64,000 nt of DNA from Gemmatimonadota bacterium (GTDB taxonomy: Bacteria > Gemmatimonadota > Gemmatimonadetes > Palauibacterales > Palauibacteraceae): NCBI GenBank assembly GCA_963666735.1, contig OY762926.1:480001-544000 (forward strand), in the 5' to 3' direction. The notes beneath the pieces were generated by a model, which was not told where the DNA came from, did not search any database, and saw only the letters and a program-made list of their open reading frames with translations. How positions within the stretch are numbered: position 1 is the stretch's first letter; every line of letters starts with the position of its first letter. Of this stretch, positions 1 through 9,232 are shown piece after piece. The position numbers and the translations under genes are program-made.

Positions 1-1194
1 AACACGGCGGCGGCCCTGGGCTGCGTGTACGCGGGAGCGACGGTCGCGGCCTGGTATCCGATCACGCCCTCGACCTCGCTCGTCGACGCCTTCACGGCCT
101 ATTGCCGGCGTCTGCGCGTCGAGAAGGAAACCGGACGGAGCGCGGCGGCGATCCTGCAGGCGGAGGACGAACTCGCGGCGGCCGGCATCACGATCGGCGC
201 GGGGTGGGCCGGAGCCCGAGCCTTCACGGCGACGAGCGGGGCCGGGATCTCGCTCATGACGGAGTTTATCGGACTCGCCTACTACGCCGAAGTCCCGTGC
301 GTCTTCTTCGACATCGAGCGCGTCGGCCCATCGACCGGGATGCCGACGCGCACGCAGCAGGGCGACATCCTCCTCTGCGCCTACGCCTCGCACGGGGACA
401 CGAAGCACCTGTGCCTCTACCCGAAGGACCCGGCGGAGTGTTTCGAGTTCAGCGTGCGGGCGTTCGATCTCGCGGAGCGCTTCCAGACGCCCGTCTTCGT
501 GCTCTCCGACCTCGACATCGGGATGAACGACTGGGTCGTGCCCCGCTTCCAGTGGGATGACGAGTACACGCCGGATCGCGGGAAGGTGCTCGACGCGGAG
601 GCGCTCGCGGAGATCGAGACCTTCTATCGCTACCTGGACGTGGACGGCGACGGGATTCCGTATCGCACGATCCCGGGCGAGGATCCGAAGGGCGCCTACT
701 TCACGCGCGGCTCCGGCCACACGAAGTACGGCAAGTACACGGAGGATCCGGACGAATACCAGGAGGTCATCGACCGCATCGCCGTGAAGATCGACAGCGC
801 GGCGGAGGCGGTGCCGCCCCCGGAGGTCCGCTCGCGGCCGGGCGCGCGATACGGACTCATCACGGTGGGCGCCTGCGACGGCGCGGTGGGCGAGGCCATC
901 GAGCGCATGGAGGCGGAGGACGGGCTCCGGCTCGACTACATGCGGATCCGCGGGTTCCCCTTCGCGCCCGAGGTCGCGGGCTTCATCGAGGCCCACGACC
1001 TCAACATCGTCATCGAACAGAACCGGGATGCGCAGTTGAAGTCGCTGCTCACGCTGGAGACGCCGGCCTCGAAGGAACGGCTGGCCTCGGTCCTCCGTTA
1101 CGGAGGGCTTCCGCTGAGCGCGCGCCACGTCATCGCGGGCGTGAAGGATCGCCTCGGTCTCGCAGCGGAGACCGCGGAGGGAGTGGGAGCATGA
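1..1194 (+). CDS. korA: 2-oxoacid:ferredoxin oxidoreductase alpha subunit (5'-partial)
   Basis: Frame open from position 1; motifs YPITPST, AEDELAA, TATSGAGISL, GPSTGMPTRTQQGD; stop overlaps beta-subunit start (ATGA). Confidence 0.93.
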   Translation, partial: NTAAALGCVYAGATVAAWYPITPSTSLVDAFTAYCRRLRVEKETGRSAAAILQAEDELAAAGITIGAGWAGARAFTATSGAGISLMTEFIGLAYYAEVPCVFFDIERVGPSTGMPTRTQQGDILLCAYASHGDTKHLCLYPKDPAECFEFSVRAFDLAERFQTPVFVLSDLDIGMNDWVVPRFQWDDEYTPDRGKVLDAEALAEIETFYRYLDVDGDGIPYRTIPGEDPKGAYFTRGSGHTKYGKYTEDPDEYQEVIDRIAVKIDSAAEAVPPPEVRSRPGARYGLITVGACDGAVGEAIERMEAEDGLRLDYMRIRGFPFAPEVAGFIEAHDLNIVIEQNRDAQLKSLLTLETPASKERLASVLRYGGLPLSARHVIAGVKDRLGLAAETAEGVGA

Positions 1195-2264
1195 CGTACA
1201 TCGCCAAGCCGCGGATCTTCCACCCGAGTTTGGAGAAGAACGAACTGGGGCTCACGCGCCGCGACTACGAGGGCGTGATGTCGACGCTCTGCGCGGGCTG
1301 CGGCCACGATTCCGTCACGGCGGCGCTGATCGAGGCGGCGTGGGAACTCGCAATCCCCACGCACCGGGCCGCCAAGATGAGCGGGATCGGCTGCTCGTCG
1401 AAGACCACCGCCTACTTCATGTCCGAATCGCACGGCTTCAACAGCGTGCACGGGCGGATGCCATCGGTGGCGAGCGGAGCGAACGCCGCGAACCGCGACC
1501 TCGTCTACATCGGCGTCTCCGGGGACGGGGACTCACTCTCGATCGGACTCGGGCAACTGTGCCACGCGGTACGGCGCAATCTCAATCTCCTCTACATCAT
1601 CGAGAACAACGGGGTCTACGGCCTGACGAAGGGCCAGTTCTCGGCCTCGGCCGACATGGGCTCGAAGTCGAAGCGGGGCGTGCCGAACGAGCAGCCCCCC
1701 ATCGATCCCGCCCTGCTCGGGCTCTCGATCGGCGCGACCTTCGTGGCCCGGGGCTTCTCCGGCGACAAGGACCAGCTCGTCCCCATCATCAAGGCGGGGA
1801 TCCGGCACCCGGGCTTGGCGCTGGTCGATGTCATCTCTCCGTGCGTGACCTTCAACGACCACGTGGGTTCGACGAAGAGCTACGCCTACACGCGCGAGCA
1901 CTTCCGCGAGGCGGTCGAGGCCGCGTTCGTGGCCCCGAAGGATTTCGTCCCCCCGGCGGACGAGATCACGGCCGACATCGGATCCGCCGATGTGCGCGAC
2001 GTCCGCATGCACGACGGCAGCGTGATCCGCTTCCGCCAGGTGGAGGGCGACTACGACGCGACCGACAGGGACACCGTGTACGGCTACCTGCGCGAGCGGC
2101 AGAACGCGGGCGAGGTGCCGACCGGGCTCCTCTACGTGGACCCCGAGTCAAGGGATCTGCACGACGTGCTGGGGACGGTCGATCGGCCGCTGTGGAACCT
2201 CCCCTTCGAGGACTTGTGCCCGGGAGCGGACGCGCTCGACGCCCTGATGGAGAACTACCGATAG
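1191..2264 (+). CDS. korB: 2-oxoacid:ferredoxin oxidoreductase beta subunit
   Basis: CAGCGH, SGIGCSS, HGR and TPP-binding GDGD...NNGVYGLTKGQ motifs. Confidence 0.94.
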   Translation: MTYIAKPRIFHPSLEKNELGLTRRDYEGVMSTLCAGCGHDSVTAALIEAAWELAIPTHRAAKMSGIGCSSKTTAYFMSESHGFNSVHGRMPSVASGANAANRDLVYIGVSGDGDSLSIGLGQLCHAVRRNLNLLYIIENNGVYGLTKGQFSASADMGSKSKRGVPNEQPPIDPALLGLSIGATFVARGFSGDKDQLVPIIKAGIRHPGLALVDVISPCVTFNDHVGSTKSYAYTREHFREAVEAAFVAPKDFVPPADEITADIGSADVRDVRMHDGSVIRFRQVEGDYDATDRDTVYGYLRERQNAGEVPTGLLYVDPESRDLHDVLGTVDRPLWNLPFEDLCPGADALDALMENYR

Positions 2265-2296
2265 CGGTCGAGGAGCGGGCGGCCCGCCTCGAGGCG

Positions 2297-2683
2297 GTGC
2301 AGCCCGTGCTTCCGTCGCGGGATGTCGCTGCCGCGATCGGCTTCTACGTCGGACGGCTCGGCTTCGAACTCGCCTTCGCCGATTCCACCCGCGATCCGGG
2401 GTACGCCGGCGTGAGGCGGGACGGGATCGAGTTGCACATCCAGTGGCACGACGCGGAGGAGTGGTCCCGCGTCGAGCGGCCCATGCTTCGCTTCGTCGTG
2501 CCCGCGGTCGAGGAGCTGTTCGAGGAATACCGGAACCAGGGGGTCTTCCACGAGCGCACGGCTTTGCGGCGGACACCCTGGGGCACGCGCGAGTTCGCCT
2601 TCTACGACCTCGACACGAACGGACTCACCTTCTACCGCGACCTCGCGGAAGGGGAGGCGTCTGACGAAGACGCGCCGTCGTGA
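2297..2683 (+). CDS. VOC/glyoxalase/bleomycin-resistance family protein (start uncertain; may extend to ATA at 2261)
   Basis: 3' end of ORF 1340-2683: VQPVLPSRDVAAAIGFYVGRLGF...TPWGTREFAFYDLDTNGLTF. Confidence 0.8.
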   Translation: MQPVLPSRDVAAAIGFYVGRLGFELAFADSTRDPGYAGVRRDGIELHIQWHDAEEWSRVERPMLRFVVPAVEELFEEYRNQGVFHERTALRRTPWGTREFAFYDLDTNGLTFYRDLAEGEASDEDAPS

Positions 2684-2741
2684 TCGACCCTACGTCTCGC
2701 TGCACTTCATGGGTGCCGACCGCTACGCGACGGACGTCTAG

Positions 2742-3350
2742 TCAGCCCGGGTCGCCCGGGTCGCACACGTAGCGGGACAGGTGCGCGCCGATCAGGGCGC
2801 CGACGACCGGTCCCCAGACGTAGGCCAGCGAGAAGGATCCGATCCCGAGGGCGACCGCAGGGTTGAGCACGCCGTTCGATCCGTGCGCCGCCCATGAAAT
2901 CGACACGACCAGGGCCACCCCGATGACGGCGCCGGTCAGCCGGGCGGGGATGCGCCCCATGAAGACGGCCGCGATCGTGAAGGCGAGGAGCGCGGCGCCC
3001 ATCATCTCGGCGATGCCGGTGCCGGCGGAAACGTCTACGGGAAGCGGGACCGGGCCGGGGAACAGGAGGCCTCCGATGGCGAGGGCCAGTCCGGCTCCGG
3101 CAAACTGCGCCACGATGAACGAGCCGGCGTCCCTGGCAGCGAGCTTGCCGACGGACCAGATGGCGATCGTCACCGCCGGGTTGAGCAGGCAGCCGGACAC
3201 CGGCCCGAGCAGATGAACCAGGACCCCCAGGGTGAGCGCCGCCATCGCCGGCGTCGGGATCGGAAAACCGACATGGTTGATGGAAATCAGCGTGGAGAAC
3301 GCCAGCGCGAACGTGCCCACGAGTTCGGCGGCAACAGCCCTCGGCCTCAT
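2742..3350 (-). CDS. MIP/aquaporin family channel
   Basis: AELVGTF start, two NPA boxes (LLNPAVT, VLNPAVA), hydrophobic helices, YVWGPVVGA. Confidence 0.88.
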   Translation of the reverse strand: MRPRAVAAELVGTFALAFSTLISINHVGFPIPTPAMAALTLGVLVHLLGPVSGCLLNPAVTIAIWSVGKLAARDAGSFIVAQFAGAGLALAIGGLLFPGPVPLPVDVSAGTGIAEMMGAALLAFTIAAVFMGRIPARLTGAVIGVALVVSISWAAHGSNGVLNPAVALGIGSFSLAYVWGPVVGALIGAHLSRYVCDPGDPG

Positions 3351-3485
3351 GCTTGCTCCTCGAGCAGGGGATCGTCGCGGGGGCGAACGGCCGCCGGAGC
3401 GGATCTCGGCGAGATGGCGTAGAATCACCGGTGCCAGCATACGACGATTTCGCTGCCGCCGGCCACCGTCCCAGCGAGGAGTCAC

Positions 3486-4514
3486 ATGACCTGGACAGCT
3501 CCCGAGCACTGGCTTCGCATCGAGACGATCGATGCCCACACGGAGGGAGAGCCGCTACGCGTCATCGTGGCGGGCTTCCCGGAGTTGGGGGGGGATAGCG
3601 TCCTCGCGCGGCGTCGCGTCGCGCGAGCGGACCATGACGAACTCCGCCGCGCCCTCATGTGGGAACCGCGGGGGCACGCGGACATGTACGGCTGCCTGGT
3701 GATGCCCCCGGTGCGGCCCGGATCGGACTTCTCCGTCCTCTTCATGCACAACGAGGGCTACTCGACGATGTGCGGCCACGGGATCATCGGCGTGGCGAAG
3801 ATCGCCGTCGAAGCCGGCTGGATCGACGGCTCAGGCGACGAGACGCCGGTAACGATCGACACGCCCGCCGGCCTCGTACGGGCCACCGCAATGCTGGACG
3901 GTGCACGGGTCCGCGAGGTCCGGTTCCTCAACGTGCCTTCCTTCGCCGCCACTCTCGACCGGGTCGTGGAGGTCGAAGGCCTGGGAACGGTTCCCTACGA
4001 TCTGGCGTTCGGAGGCGCCTTCTATGCCTACGTCGACGCGGATGCGCTGGGGCTGCCGCTCACGCCCGCCGGCGCCACCGGCCTGATCGATGCGGGGCGC
4101 CGCATCACGCACGCGGTGTCCTCATCCGCCGGGGGCGACATCTCGCATCCGGACGACCCGGATCTCGGGTTTCTATACGGCACCGTGTTCACTGGCAAGG
4201 CTGCGGATCCCGCGCACCACTCGCGGCACGTCTGCATCTTCGCGGAGGGGGAACTCGACCGGAGCCCCACGGGGACCGCCGTCAGCGGGCGCCTCGCCAT
4301 CCTTCGCGCCCGCGGAGAGCTGTCCGGGGATGCGAAAATCGTCGTCGAGAGCATCATCGGAGGCCGGTTCGGCGGGCGGATCGTCGACACGACGACCGTC
4401 GGCGGGCATCCGGCGGTCGTGCCCGAGGTCGGGGGCCGGGCCTGGGTCACGGGCCGGCACGAGTTCCTCGTCGATCCGGAAGATCCGTGGCGGGACGGTT
4501 TTCTCGTACGCTGA
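3486..4514 (+). CDS. Proline racemase family protein, Cys/Thr type (likely trans-3-hydroxy-L-proline dehydratase)
   Basis: DAHTEGEPLR, EPRGHADMYG, MCGHG, and DRSPTGT with Thr in place of the second catalytic Cys. Confidence 0.85.
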   Translation: MTWTAPEHWLRIETIDAHTEGEPLRVIVAGFPELGGDSVLARRRVARADHDELRRALMWEPRGHADMYGCLVMPPVRPGSDFSVLFMHNEGYSTMCGHGIIGVAKIAVEAGWIDGSGDETPVTIDTPAGLVRATAMLDGARVREVRFLNVPSFAATLDRVVEVEGLGTVPYDLAFGGAFYAYVDADALGLPLTPAGATGLIDAGRRITHAVSSSAGGDISHPDDPDLGFLYGTVFTGKAADPAHHSRHVCIFAEGELDRSPTGTAVSGRLAILRARGELSGDAKIVVESIIGGRFGGRIVDTTTVGGHPAVVPEVGGRAWVTGRHEFLVDPEDPWRDGFLVR

Positions 4515-4574
4515 GGAACCGGCGCCGCCGATGAGTTCATGCACGCCCCGGATGCGTCGCCGACAGGAGGCGAA

Positions 4575-5216
4575 ATGCCGCATATCGAGACGGTAGCTCC
4601 CGACGAAGCGAAGGGGCTCGTCGCCCGCGAGTACGAGAAGGCCGTCCGCCGTGCGGGACGCGTCTTCAACGTGATCGGCATCCAGAGTCTGAACCCGCCC
4701 GTCATGCGGGCCTCGATCCAGCTCTACGAAGCGTTGATGCTGACACCAGGACCGCTCGGGCGGGATGTGCGGGAGATGCTTGCGACCGTGACCTCGCGCG
4801 AACTCGATTGCTTCTACTGAACGGAGGCGCACGGAGAGGATCTCCGTCAGGCGACCGGAAACGATGAACTCGCCCGCGCGATCCGCACCGACTATCGGAC
4901 GGCGGGGCTCGACGAGAAGACGCGCCGGCTGATGGACTATGCCGTGGCGATCACGCGCGAGCCGAGCTCCGCCGCTCGGCGCGACATAGACGAGCTCCGC
5001 GAGGTCGGCTGGACCGACGCGCAGATCCTGACCGCGACCGAGGTCGTCGGCTTCTTCAACTACTATGTGCGCATGGTCGAGGCGCTCGGCGTCGAACCGG
5101 AGCCCGAGATGGAGCGGGATGCGGAGGTGTGGCCAACCCCGATCGTCAATGCGGATACCGGGTCGTCATCGTCCATCATCGTCCATCGACCGACGAAACG
5201 GGGGCAGGAGTCTTAG
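4575..5216 (+). CDS. AhpD/carboxymuconolactone-decarboxylase-like peroxidase-related protein, probable selenoprotein (UGA at 4818-4820, motif CFYU-x3-H)
   Basis: ORFs 4539-4820 and 4932-5216 share a frame and are separated by a single TGA at the second Cys position of CxxC-x3-H; AGGAGG before ATG 4575; C-terminal half has GFFNYYVRM...LGV. Confidence 0.87.
4831..4847 (+). promoter_or_regulatory. Candidate bacterial SECIS hairpin for UGA 4818
   Basis: Perfect 7-bp stem ACGGAGA/TCTCCGT with GGA loop, starting 10 nt after the UGA. Confidence 0.65.
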
Positions 5217-5241
5217 ACTTAGAAGCCGGACCTCACAAACG

Positions 5242-5595
5242 TTATCTCGTGGGGTCCTTCCGAGACCGAGCCGTCCGCTGGACCGCGGAACCCACAAGGT
5301 CGCCCGCCCGTTGAAACTCGGCGGTCGGGCTGGATCGGATGAAGTAGGCGCCGGTCAGCGTCCCGTCGGCGTCCGTTATGATGAACCTCCAACCCGCGCC
5401 GGTTCCGGCTAACCGGGCATCGTAGGCGCCGCTGATGTTGGACCGCACCGGGAGCGGCGGAGGGGGCGGGGGCGGAGGAGGCGGCTCGGCCGGCGCCGCG
5501 CAGCCCGTGAACCACAGTACCGCGAGCGGTGTGGATCTTCGACGCCCGATTTCACGCAAGGAGCATCCCCTTGCCGCCGGTTCAACATCAACCAC
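5242..5595 (-). CDS. Small putative lipoprotein with poly-Pro linker (start uncertain, possibly degenerate)
   Basis: LAVLWFTGC lipobox-like motif, then a Pro run and a short beta-rich segment. Confidence 0.4.
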   Translation of the reverse strand: MVDVEPAARGCSLREIGRRRSTPLAVLWFTGCAAPAEPPPPPPPPPPLPVRSNISGAYDARLAGTGAGWRFIITDADGTLTGAYFIRSSPTAEFQRAGDLVGSAVQRTARSRKDPTR

Positions 5596-5613
5596 GTCCT
5601 TCCCATCTACGGC

Positions 5614-7752
5614 TTAGCCTCGGGACCGGCCCCGTGCCCGCGCGACGCCTGCCGACCGCGTGCCACCGCCGCGGCGGACCGCGCCCCCGGACCTGGAGGA
5701 TCCGCCGGACCGTCTGACGCTGCCGCTCGACCTTGACGGTCCGGGAGGCCGCACGGCCGGGCGCGGCGACCGCGGGGCGGACTGCCGGGTCACGGGTCTC
5801 CTCGTGGAGGGTGGACGGCGAAGGGCGGGCCAGGACGGTCTCGCCGTCGTGGCCCGCACCGCCGGCCGCGACGGCGTGGACCCCGCCGTCGGTCTTGCCG
5901 GATTCGACCGTGCCGTCGGCCGTGCCGTAGCGTCCCCCGTCCGTCGAATGGCCGGCCACTCCCGCGCCGTCCGCGGACGGAGGATCCGCCGACCGCCGTC
6001 GTCACGTGTCCGCGGAGACGCGCGCTGCACGCCACCGGAACCCGACCGTGTCGTGGACCGCACGACCGGACGTCTCGCGGCGCCCGTAACGTCCCGCGTG
6101 GCCGGTCGCCGGACCGCCGGGCGAGCGCCGTTCCCGGACGCCGCCGGCGACGCTCGCTGCACACCTGGTCGCTCCAGCCTCGGGGTGCGGCCCTCCGTCG
6201 ACCGCCTGGTGACGCGGACGGGTGGCGCGCCCGCCGTCCGCGAGGGGTCGCTCCGCGCTCCGACCGTCGCGTCGCGCGGGCGGGCCGACCGGCCATCGCG
6301 GCTCCGCAGCACGACGCGTTCGACTTCCCGCGGCAGGCTCGCGCCGCGATCGATGAACCCGTTCGCATCGACCGCCGTTCTTCCGTCACGCGAGACCGCG
6401 CGCCGCAGGCTTGCCAGCGTCTGCGCGGGCCGCCGCTGCGCCGTGCGCCCGAGCAGCCGGGAGTCCGTCAGCAGCACGCCGCGCTCGACCGCCTTCCGTC
6501 CGCGACCGAAGTCCGAACCGCTCACCGAGTAGAAGTGCTGCCGCCGGTGTCCCAGCCGCCCGTGCGGCAGGAACGTCCAGTGCCGATACCGCCCAAAGCT
6601 CCCCCCGATGTGTCCGTAGACCCCGAAGTGGAAGCCCCAGCGGCTCCCGTAATAGTTCCTGTAGTGGCGCCAGTAGTATCCCGATGGAATCCAGCCCGCG
6701 TAGCTCGGTCCCCAGTACCAGTAGACGTGTGCCGCCGCGAAACGCTGGCCCGGGAACCAGATCCACCCCCAGTCGGGGTCGAGGTCCCAGTACCCATAGT
6801 GGTAGGGCACCCAGCCCCACGGTTCGTACGAGACCCAGAACATCCCGCTGGGCGTCTGTCGCCAGCGCCCGTGCCGGTACGGCGCCCAGCTCGTGGAAAC
6901 CCGCGGACGCCACGCGACTCCCGCGTCCACGTTCACCCACGACCCGTGACCCCCGAGCGAAGACGCGGCGTGGTGGAGGTCCGGATCCACATGAGACGCG
7001 TACTCGCCGCCCGCATACTCCCCGGGTCCCCGGCCCCACGCCTCCAGCCGACCGAGGCTCGGGGCCGCCGCGAAGCGGAGCCGGTCACCCTGCGCCCCCT
7101 CGACGAAGAGACTCTCGCCCGGGCGAACCTCGGCGAGTTCCGACTGTGTCGTGACTTCGGCCACCCCTTCGCGCACGACGACTTCGCTGCGGCGCTCGTC
7201 GTCGACGACGATCAGAAAGGAACCCGCGCCCCGTGGCCGAATCGTGGCGTTCGGCGTGATGACGGAGGGCCATTCGGGGCCCGGCGGGTTCGCGGCCACC
7301 ACGAGTTGCAGCGATCCGCGCACGAGTTCGAGGATGGAGGCGGGGTCGCCCGTGTCCGCCGAGTTGGCCAGCGCGCGGAAGAGAAGTTCCGCCCGATTCC
7401 CGATCCGAACGAGGGTTCCGTCGGCGAGCGAAATCTCGATTCGCGATTCATCGGACGCGAAGATCCGGTCCCCGACGAGGACGGGTTCGTTCACCGCGAG
7501 CTGGACGCGCTCCCGGGTGTCGCCCTGAATGAGCGTCGCGGACCCGTCCAACGCGCGCAGGTACCCGTAGCTGCCCTCGATCCCGCTCTGCGCGATGGCG
7601 GCGTCATAGTCGATCGGAGGCCCCGCCTCCTGAGCGGAGACCGGGGGCGCGACGAACGAGGCGCCCCACGCCATCCCGACCGCCCACACCCGCCGCCGGC
7701 CCCGCGACCGCCCGGGGGCTCCAGAGTTTCCTGCCGCCGTTGCGCACCGCAT
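5614..7752 (-). CDS. Secreted FecR-domain / DUF6600-like protein with long Arg/Pro/Ser/Gly-rich tail
   Basis: Signal-like N-terminus; FecR-like region (GDRIF...RIEI...DGTLVRIG); Trp/Tyr-rich WAPYRHGRW...WGWVPYHYGYW; low-complexity C-terminus. Confidence 0.75.
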   Translation of the reverse strand: MRCATAAGNSGAPGRSRGRRRVWAVGMAWGASFVAPPVSAQEAGPPIDYDAAIAQSGIEGSYGYLRALDGSATLIQGDTRERVQLAVNEPVLVGDRIFASDESRIEISLADGTLVRIGNRAELLFRALANSADTGDPASILELVRGSLQLVVAANPPGPEWPSVITPNATIRPRGAGSFLIVVDDERRSEVVVREGVAEVTTQSELAEVRPGESLFVEGAQGDRLRFAAAPSLGRLEAWGRGPGEYAGGEYASHVDPDLHHAASSLGGHGSWVNVDAGVAWRPRVSTSWAPYRHGRWRQTPSGMFWVSYEPWGWVPYHYGYWDLDPDWGWIWFPGQRFAAAHVYWYWGPSYAGWIPSGYYWRHYRNYYGSRWGFHFGVYGHIGGSFGRYRHWTFLPHGRLGHRRQHFYSVSGSDFGRGRKAVERGVLLTDSRLLGRTAQRRPAQTLASLRRAVSRDGRTAVDANGFIDRGASLPREVERVVLRSRDGRSARPRDATVGARSDPSRTAGAPPVRVTRRSTEGRTPRLERPGVQRASPAASGNGARPAVRRPATRDVTGAARRPVVRSTTRSGSGGVQRASPRTRDDGGRRILRPRTAREWPAIRRTGDATARPTARSNPARPTAGSTPSRPAVRATTARPSWPALRRPPSTRRPVTRQSAPRSPRPAVRPPGPSRSSGSVRRSGGSSRSGGAVRRGGGTRSAGVARARGRSRG

Positions 7753-7892
7753 CTCAAGCTCCCGTGTTCTCCGGTCCCCGCCCCGGGCGGCCGGCTCGCC
7801 GCCGGAGCTGTCTTCAGAGGCTAGACGGTCCGCGGGGGAGGTCGGTCACTCGCGCGGCCGTTCGTGGAAGGAGCCCGCGCCAGCGCCGGGAG

Positions 7893-9020
7893 CTACGGCA
7901 GGTCGTCGATCCACTCGGCGATGAAGAGGTTCGTGTTGCCCTCGTGGGAGCCGTGCCGGTTCGATCCGAACACGAGAAAACGACCGTCCGGGCTGAACAT
8001 GGGGAAGCTCTCGAACTCCTCGCTGAACGTGACCTGCTCGAGCCCCGTCCCGTCCAGGTTTACCAGGAAGAGATCGAAATTGCGGCTGCTCGGGTCGTTC
8101 AGGTTCGAGGCGAAGATCACCCTCTCGCCGCTCGGGTGGAAGAAGGGGGCGAAGTTCGCGGCCTCGTTGTTTGTGAGACGCACCCGGTTCGACCCGTCCG
8201 CGTCCATCACGTAGATGTCGAGCACGCCGGGCCGAACGAGACCCTCCGCCAGCAGCGCCTGGTAGTCCGCGAGTTCTTCCTCGCTCTCGGGGTATCTTGC
8301 CCGGTAGACGATCTTCGACCCGTCGGGAGAGAAGAAGGGACCGCCATCGTACCCCGGCTCGTTCGTGAGCTGCCGGACGTCGGAGCCATCGGGATTCATC
8401 GAGTAGATGTCCAGGTCTCCGTCGCGCGTGGAGGTGAACACGATCCGCGAGCCGTCCGGAGCGATGGTCGCCTCCGCGTCGTAGCCGGGGCTCGAGAAGA
8501 TCGGCTGGACGCCGGAACCGTCAGGGTTGGCCGTGTAGATGTCGTAGTCGTACAGCGCCCACACGTACCCGCGGCGCATGTCCGGCGGCGGTGGACACTC
8601 GGCCGCCGCGTGATGCGTGGAACTGTAGACGATCCGCGAGTTGTCCGGGAAGAAGTACGCGCATGTGGTCCGGCCGAGTCCCGTCGAAACGAGCTGCGGA
8701 TCGCCGCCCTCGACGCCGATGGTGAAGATCTGATCGCACTCGTATTCTCCCTCGTGCCGGCGCTGGAAGATCAGCCGCTGTCCGTCCGACGAGTAGTAGG
8801 CCTCGGCGTTCTCTCCCTCGAAGGTGAGTTGAGCCAGGCTGGCGAAGCGCCGCTCTTCCGGCAGCGGATCGCGGGTCAGGGCGCCGCTCTCCGCATCGTT
8901 TTGCCCGGTCGCGGTGCCGTTCCGGTCTCCGGTGTCGCCGGTGCAGGCTGCCGCAACCAAGGCGGCCGCAAGCGCCAACGCGACGGGAGTCGGCGCTGGT
9001 GCGGGATATGCTGAATTCAA
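7893..9020 (-). CDS. TolB-like PD40-repeat beta-propeller lipoprotein
   Basis: TTG start with GAGG upstream; lipobox VAAAC; repeated SPDG/PDGSRIVF and QLTN motifs. Confidence 0.85.
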   Translation of the reverse strand: MNSAYPAPAPTPVALALAAALVAAACTGDTGDRNGTATGQNDAESGALTRDPLPEERRFASLAQLTFEGENAEAYYSSDGQRLIFQRRHEGEYECDQIFTIGVEGGDPQLVSTGLGRTTCAYFFPDNSRIVYSSTHHAAAECPPPPDMRRGYVWALYDYDIYTANPDGSGVQPIFSSPGYDAEATIAPDGSRIVFTSTRDGDLDIYSMNPDGSDVRQLTNEPGYDGGPFFSPDGSKIVYRARYPESEEELADYQALLAEGLVRPGVLDIYVMDADGSNRVRLTNNEAANFAPFFHPSGERVIFASNLNDPSSRNFDLFLVNLDGTGLEQVTFSEEFESFPMFSPDGRFLVFGSNRHGSHEGNTNLFIAEWIDDLP

Positions 9021-9232
9021 GAGAACCTCGGTTGTCCCGGTTGGATGTCCGGCGACGCGCTGGCCGCCGCTGTACGCTTCAAGCCTCCGGTGGGGGCTGC
9101 GGGCCCACACTGTACGGTTCACGCGCTCGCGAGGCCAGTTCCCGGCGTGGCCCGTTTCACGGATTCCGACACGATACGTTCCAGGAGGTGAGAACGAGGG
9201 AGAATGCGAATGGAGAGGTGGAGCCGAGGCGG

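Noticed and set aside
3486..5216. Proline racemase plus selenoprotein as a D-proline reductase (Stickland) module
   Set aside because: The selenoprotein is AhpD-like, not PrdB-like; no prdA; the racemase homolog has the Cys/Thr dehydratase signature
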